Below are positions 59,039 to 64,000 of a stretch of 64,000 nucleotides of DNA, one piece after another; within the stretch, counting starts at the first letter, position 1; each line of letters begins with the position of its first letter. The notes under the pieces were generated by a model that was not told the origin of the DNA, searched no databases, and saw only the letters and a list, made by a program, of their open reading frames with translations. The position numbers were made by a program, and so were the translations under genes. This stretch comes from an uncultured delta proteobacterium (GTDB lineage Bacteria > Myxococcota > Myxococcia > Myxococcales > Myxococcaceae), in NCBI GenBank assembly GCA_963713045.1, contig CAVQKE010000004.1, positions 544,001 to 608,000 on the forward strand. Reading direction: 5' to 3'.

Positions 59039-59434
59039 ATGACGACCAGTGGAGGCAACGGCATTGTCAACAAGCTGAGCAAGCACTCCGTGGACGAAAC
59101 CGTCGACAAACTTAAAGCCATGCTTCAGGAGAAGGCGGTGAACCTGTTTGCAGTCATCGACCACAGCGGCGAGGCCGCCAAGGTGGGGCTCAAGATGCCC
59201 CCCACAAAGCTGCTGATTCTCGGCAGTCCCAAAGGAGGGACGCCGGTCATGCTGGCGGCGCCCAGTAGCGCCCTCGACCTCCCGCTGAAGATTTTGGTTT
59301 GGCAAAGTGCTGAGGGAAAGGTTTGCATTTCCTACAACAGCCCAGCCTACCTGCAGGAGCGGCACGACATCCCGGCGAACCTCATGCCAAACCTTGCGGT
59401 GATTGAAATCCTCGCCTCAAAGGCAGCGGAGTAA
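59039..59434 (+). CDS. DUF302 domain protein
   Basis: SKHSVDETV, FAVIDH, GSPKGGTPVM, ALDLPLKILVW; GAGGAG RBS. Confidence 0.9.
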   Translation: MTTSGGNGIVNKLSKHSVDETVDKLKAMLQEKAVNLFAVIDHSGEAAKVGLKMPPTKLLILGSPKGGTPVMLAAPSSALDLPLKILVWQSAEGKVCISYNSPAYLQERHDIPANLMPNLAVIEILASKAAE

Positions 59435-59588
59435 AGACCGCAAGGGACGGCGGCTGGCTGGGCCCACCTCCTTCTCCAAGCCGGCCGCGGAAGTGGCGGG
59501 TGGGAAGAAGTTCAGCGGGAGGGGTAGAACTGCTTTGAAAGCTCCGTGCTTTCCGCAAAAGGTCATGACGAGAACCAGAAAGGTCGCC

Positions 59589-60908
59589 ATGCAAGCCCGC
59601 CGTCTCGTTCCAGCGCTGTGCTTATCGCTCGTCGCGCGGCCGCTGCCTGCGGCTGAGCCAGCTGAGCCGTCCGTTCCGGTGACTGCAATTCGCGCCGGCG
59701 TCTTGATTGACGGTCTGTCGGCTGTGCCGAAGCAGAACCAACTCATCATTATCCGGGGCAATCGGGTTGAGAGCGTCGGTGAATTGGCCGCCGGGAGAAT
59801 TCCGGCGGGGGCCAAGGTCATCGACCTCTCGCGGGCAACCATCCTGCCGGGACTCATCGACGCTCACACCCACATTTTCCTGCAGGGCGAGGATCCGGCC
59901 GAAGGCGGATACGACTCCCAGCTGTTGAAGGACTCCCTCGCGTTTCGGGCGGCGCGCGCCACAGTGGCGGCAAGACGCGCCCTCGAGCAGGGCTTCACGA
60001 CCATCCGGGATGTCGAGACTGAGGGAGCCGGCTATGGAGACGTGGGCATCAAGAAGGCCATCGAGCGCGGCTACATCCCCGGCCCCCGGATGTTTGTCGT
60101 CACTCGAGCGATTTCAACCACCGGCGGATACGACTTGGATGGTTACGCGCCGGAGGTCGTCGTCCCCAAGGGCGCCCAGTTGGTCGACGGGCCGGTCGAG
60201 GCGCGGAAGGCGGCGCGAGAGCAGCTTGCAAACGGTGCCGATTGGCTCAAGGTGTACATGACCCATCGTTCCTGGGTCGACAAGCAGGGCAAGCTCGTCT
60301 CGCAGCCGACGCTGACCGTTGAGGAACTTAAAGCCGTCGTCGACGAGGCTCACGGCTGGGGCCGAAAAGTGGCCTGTCACGCCTACAACGGCCTGGGGCT
60401 CCGCCGCGCGCTGGATGGGGGTTGCGACTCCATCGAGCATGGCCTCGAATTGGATGACGCCGCCATCTCGCAAATGCTCAAACAGGGAACCTGGCTCTGT
60501 CCCACGATGGCGGTCTACTACCACGGGTTTGCCGCCGAGGACACGCCAGCGGGCAAGCTCGACCGAAAGCGGGTCGCCGTGCATGGGCCATCGCTTCAGA
60601 GAGCCGTCAAGGCGGGGGTCAAAATCGCCTTCGGTAGCGACGTTGGGGGCTTCTCGTGGAGCGAGCCAATCGCGCAGGAATTCCCGCGGATGGTCGAGTT
60701 CGGGATGACACCGATGGCGGCCATCCAGGCGGCCACCTCGAGAGCTGCGCAGATGCTCGGGATGGAGGGAGAGCTCGGAGTCATTGCGTCTGGCTCTGCC
60801 GCGGACATCATCGCGGTGGTTGGCGACCCGCTCAAGGACATCACAGTCCTCGAGCACGTCGGCTTCGTCATGAAAGACGGGCAGGTCTATAAGGACGACC
60901 TAAAGTAG
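59589..60908 (+). CDS. Exported amidohydrolase (Xaa-Pro dipeptidase/carboxypeptidase-like)
   Basis: PGLIDAHTH, GFTTIRD, LKVY, ACHA, SIEHG, GSD. Confidence 0.92.
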   Translation: MQARRLVPALCLSLVARPLPAAEPAEPSVPVTAIRAGVLIDGLSAVPKQNQLIIIRGNRVESVGELAAGRIPAGAKVIDLSRATILPGLIDAHTHIFLQGEDPAEGGYDSQLLKDSLAFRAARATVAARRALEQGFTTIRDVETEGAGYGDVGIKKAIERGYIPGPRMFVVTRAISTTGGYDLDGYAPEVVVPKGAQLVDGPVEARKAAREQLANGADWLKVYMTHRSWVDKQGKLVSQPTLTVEELKAVVDEAHGWGRKVACHAYNGLGLRRALDGGCDSIEHGLELDDAAISQMLKQGTWLCPTMAVYYHGFAAEDTPAGKLDRKRVAVHGPSLQRAVKAGVKIAFGSDVGGFSWSEPIAQEFPRMVEFGMTPMAAIQAATSRAAQMLGMEGELGVIASGSAADIIAVVGDPLKDITVLEHVGFVMKDGQVYKDDLK

Positions 60909-60978
60909 CTCCCACCGCTGCAAACTCGAGTATCGGGCATTGCCGAAGCGAGACCAGAGACCGAGCGTCAGCTCTCCA

Positions 60979-61284
60979 CTATCTCGGTGTGGAAGCCTGG
61001 CTCACTGGCTTCTTTCCGTAGTTCCTGACGAGGTAGTCGACGATTCGAGACATCTCATCGGGCTGTATCGGTGCGCCGAAGGCTTTGACCATCTTCTTGA
61101 CTTCGGCTTCCCAGCCCTGGCGGTCGAGAAAAAACGAGTTCATTTGGATGTAGTCGAGGCTGTGGCACACCGCGCAGCGACCAGCCACCAGGTCCTTGCC
61201 TGGACCATCCTTGAGTTGAATGGGCCTCTCGTCGGCGAACGACGCCGACGCGACGAGCAGGGGGAGCATGACGAATATTCTCAC
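60979..61284 (-). CDS. sorB: Monoheme cytochrome c, SorB-like
   Basis: Sec signal, CAVCHSLDYI, W..EV.KM..FGAPI; 7 nt downstream of the sorA-like gene. Confidence 0.87.
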   Translation of the reverse strand: MRIFVMLPLLVASASFADERPIQLKDGPGKDLVAGRCAVCHSLDYIQMNSFFLDRQGWEAEVKKMVKAFGAPIQPDEMSRIVDYLVRNYGKKPVSQASTPR

Positions 61285-61291
61285 GGCTGAC

Positions 61292-62518
61292 CTAGGTGAC
61301 GCGGAGGGTGACCCGCGAGACGACGTTGTTGTGGTACCCAGCTGGGTTGAAAGTCAGCTCAAGCGGCTGGGAGCTGCCCATTCGGTTGGTTGCCTTCGCC
61401 AGCACCACTTGCCTTCCCGCTCTCAGGGCTTTGAAGGTATGCCGAAATCCTCTGAAGGAGAACCGGCCCCGGTCGGTGTCGAGCTCGGCCGCACGCCAGC
61501 TCCTCCCGTCATCGGTTGAGACCTCGACCGTCTGAATGCCGTAGCCGGCGTCCCAGGCGATGCCCCTGACCTCGACGAGCTGACCGACGGCGAACGTCTG
61601 CCCCTCGCTGAGGTTGGTGATGAGCGACTTCACCAAGATGTCGGTGATGGGCGTTGTGGCGTCAGTTTCCTGAGAGAGGAAGCGATCGACCACCGGAAAC
61701 TTGCCTTTCGGGATGCGGTAGGCGGTCGACATCCAGAAGTTTCTGAGTGGCTGGGACACCACGCGAATCGAGACGATGTGCTTCATCCAGTAGGTTGCAG
61801 TCCAGCCTGGCACCACCAGGCGAACGGGCGCCCCGTTGAGGTGGGGCAGCGGTGCGCCGTTCATTTCCCAGGCGAGCATCGTGTTCCCGTCGCCGGCCTT
61901 CCACACCGGCAGGCTCTTCACGAAGTGTGGGGTTCGCTGAAAAAGGGGAAAGTCGGCGCCATTGTAGATGACCTCGATGGCCTCCTTCTTCACGCCCGTT
62001 CTGGCGAGAACGTCCTTCAATCGCACGCCCTTCCACTTCGCGTTCCCCATCGCGCCCGGCCCCCATTCGACGCCGGGCACATGGGGCTCCGAAAGTCCGC
62101 GGCGATTGCCCGAGCATTCGCACACCGCGGCGAACTCGACCGGCTCAAAGTCGTGCTGCAGCGACGCGAGCGTCAGTGTGAGCGGCCTCGCGACCGCGTC
62201 ACCGGCGACTTCCAGCTTCCACTCGGCCGATGCCACATCCGGGATCCACTCGACGTGGTAGCGGACAAAGAAGGCGTCGTTCGGGGTGAAGATGGTGTCG
62301 AAATCCTCGACGGGTGTTTCGTAGTTGGGCGGGCGGTACGACCGCTTGATGAGTGGTCGCTTGCCGGGTAAAGCCTCAAGCACGGACGCCTCGAGGGTGC
62401 CCAGCGGGAGGCCGCCCACGCCCGACGACGGGCCCTCAGCGGCAAACACCCTGGCCGGCAGCAGCGTCCCCACGCCGAGCATGGTTGCTTTCTTCAGGAA
62501 TTGCCGCCGGGTATTCAT
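61292..62518 (-). CDS. sorA: Tat-exported molybdopterin sulfite oxidase-family enzyme, SorA-like
   Basis: TRRQFLK Tat motif, FFVRYH, CECSGNRR Mo-ligand Cys, NGAPVRLVVPGW, FNPAGYHNN. Confidence 0.9.
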   Translation of the reverse strand: MNTRRQFLKKATMLGVGTLLPARVFAAEGPSSGVGGLPLGTLEASVLEALPGKRPLIKRSYRPPNYETPVEDFDTIFTPNDAFFVRYHVEWIPDVASAEWKLEVAGDAVARPLTLTLASLQHDFEPVEFAAVCECSGNRRGLSEPHVPGVEWGPGAMGNAKWKGVRLKDVLARTGVKKEAIEVIYNGADFPLFQRTPHFVKSLPVWKAGDGNTMLAWEMNGAPLPHLNGAPVRLVVPGWTATYWMKHIVSIRVVSQPLRNFWMSTAYRIPKGKFPVVDRFLSQETDATTPITDILVKSLITNLSEGQTFAVGQLVEVRGIAWDAGYGIQTVEVSTDDGRSWRAAELDTDRGRFSFRGFRHTFKALRAGRQVVLAKATNRMGSSQPLELTFNPAGYHNNVVSRVTLRVT

Positions 62519-62999
62519 CTCTTATCCTCGGTGCGAGGGCTACCGGAGCAACGGGGGGGCGGCGAGCCTTGAGGAAGGCGTTGGGGCTGTCAAGCAAAGC
62601 GGGGCTCCCCGGAAACTCGGACTCTCGAGCTGCGACTGCGTGGTCGCTGGCGGCGTTTCGCTCGACAGCCTTTCGGCGGCACATCCCACCTGTCGTCCCA
62701 CCGCCCGGCTTCGCGAGGGATGTAGAGGGCACCTCGACATCTCCACACTGGAGTGAATCGCATGCGCAGCCGACGCTGCCTGGCCGCTCTTCTTCTCCAG
62801 GGGAAGGGCGCACCCTGCGCCGCCCTTTCGGTTGTTCTGGCTGCGTTGCATTTCCTCAGGGCCCGTCGCCACTCTTGACAGGAGAGCCGAGAGTGCCCAG
62901 CGCCCCCAGGGGCTTGTTGGGAAGCCCTCGTTCGGCCCGCCATCGACGCCGCCCAACTGCCGAACGCCGGGGTTTGCGCGGCTCGAGGAGGAGAGGGAC

Positions 63000-63480
63000 A
63001 TGACGCGACCAGCGCGGCTCATCGGCTTCTTCCTCGGGGCGCATGTCGGCTGCGGGAGCAGTCCCAGCCCCACGCCGACCGCCGGCAGTGCCACAGTCAG
63101 CGGCGCCCGCACAGGCACGGATAGCGCTTGGGGTTTTGCAATCAGCAACAACACCACCACGTACCCCAACCTCAACTTCGGCGGTCAATTTGCCCGGACA
63201 GCCCTCGCGGCGGGAACCTACACAGCCGCCAACTGGCAAGTGGTCAGGACGCTCGTCAGCTCATCTGCCATCGACACTGAACTTTGGACGCAGACGTTTG
63301 ACCCGTCGACTGGCGCCCAGACGGAAGGCACCTTCTCACTCACCATCTCGTCGACCGGCCCCGCCCTGATGGGAATGGGCAATACCGGATGGGCCCAGGC
63401 GCACGGAACGCTCACTGCGACTCTGGTACCCCGGGATGGAAACCCCTCCTCGGGCGCTTCGCCGCCGGGAAGCGGCGGGT
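63000..63480 (+). pseudogene. Lipoprotein-like gene lacking its stop codon (not in the ORF track)
   Basis: GAGGAG-rich RBS, ATG 63000, MTRPARLIGFFLGAHVGCGSS..GTFSLTISS..AHGTLTATLVP; the frame has no stop before the window end. Confidence 0.55.
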
Positions 63481-63482
63481 GC

Positions 63483-64000
63483 TCATCGGAAGTCCACGGT
63501 GAAGACCTCCGAGTCGACCGTGCGGCCTCCGGGCAGAATGGCCTGCACGGACCAAAGTGCCCGGCCGCCCGACGGTTGAGTCGACAGAGCTTCAGGGGGA
63601 ATCCGCAACTCGCTGGTCGTCACGCCAAACTTTCGGTACAGGACCTCCAACGAGCTACTCATCACAGTCACCGAGTAGCGCTCGGCTCCGGGGTAAGGAG
63701 TCCAACGCAGCACGACGGCGTCTTTGGGCTGGGGGCCCGGGGCCGTGAGGGAGTCCAACGGCCGCTTGATGCCACGCTCCAATTCGAGCGCGCCGCTTCG
63801 GTAGGGATGTGCCCAAGGGCCCTGAAAAAAGAGGGCGGCAGCAAGGCCTGCGGCGAGCAACGTCAAGCCACCGGGAAGCAGCAGGGAACGTGCCCGTCGC
63901 CGATGGAGCGGGAGCAAGGCAGCCCCCGGCGCATCAGGCGTCTCTCGGTTGACGTCGAGTGCCACGCGCCAAGCTATCGAGCAATCGATGCAGCGAGCCG
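63483..64000 (-). CDS. Partial membrane protein, probable zinc-finger anti-sigma-like (5' end outside window)
   Basis: Frame open to the window edge reading ARCIDCSIAWRVA, then one TM and a beta-rich FN3-like C-terminal domain. Confidence 0.65.
   Translation of the reverse strand, partial: ARCIDCSIAWRVALDVNRETPDAPGAALLPLHRRRARSLLLPGGLTLLAAGLAAALFFQGPWAHPYRSGALELERGIKRPLDSLTAPGPQPKDAVVLRWTPYPGAERYSVTVMSSSLEVLYRKFGVTTSELRIPPEALSTQPSGGRALWSVQAILPGGRTVDSEVFTVDFR

Noticed and set aside
62519..62999. Moco riboswitch or small ORFs upstream of sorA
   Set aside because: No convincing consensus match; the ORFs there lack RBS and protein-like composition

Overview
High-GC bacterial chromosome segment that reads as Myxococcota (Myxococcales-like): MYXO-CTERM protein, DUF4388 protein and a fur-tlpA-ftsB-dmxA-type block. 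It has three zones. (1) 1-15.5 kb is a visibly lower-GC accessory zone (USP, beta-helix/POMP-like secreted protein, CADD-like diiron protein, 2918-aa cyclic beta-1,2-glucan synthase, orphan TAXI binding protein) abutting the 3' end of a tRNA-Leu(CAA)/tRNA-Ala(GGC) pair. (2) 15.9-48.5 kb is a tightly packed, very GC-rich core zone (miaA, hisS, psd, PfkB kinase, mlaEFD, alr, RluA, M16 pair, 5'-nucleotidase, TM-GAF-GAF-GGDEF cyclase, ftsB, fur, ECF sigma, glgB, GST, GGCT, APC permease). Three of its genes carry four single-base indels that look like assembly errors. (3) 48.6-64 kb is a second lower-GC accessory zone of mostly exported proteins (M16 peptidase, PHI-1-like MYXO-CTERM protein, FadL-like barrel, M19 dipeptidase, DUF4388-TM-periplasmic binding protein fusion, DUF302, amidohydrolase, SorAB-type sulfite dehydrogenase). 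I saw no CRISPR array, integrase, transposase, reverse transcriptase or rRNA. The best leads are the DUF4388-receptor fusion and its exported-enzyme neighbourhood, the probable trans-envelope MlaD, a Zn-ribbon/Tudor candidate RNAP-binding protein, a tandem Fis-HTH protein, and a ligand-variant CADD. All family calls come from motif recognition by eye, not from database searches.
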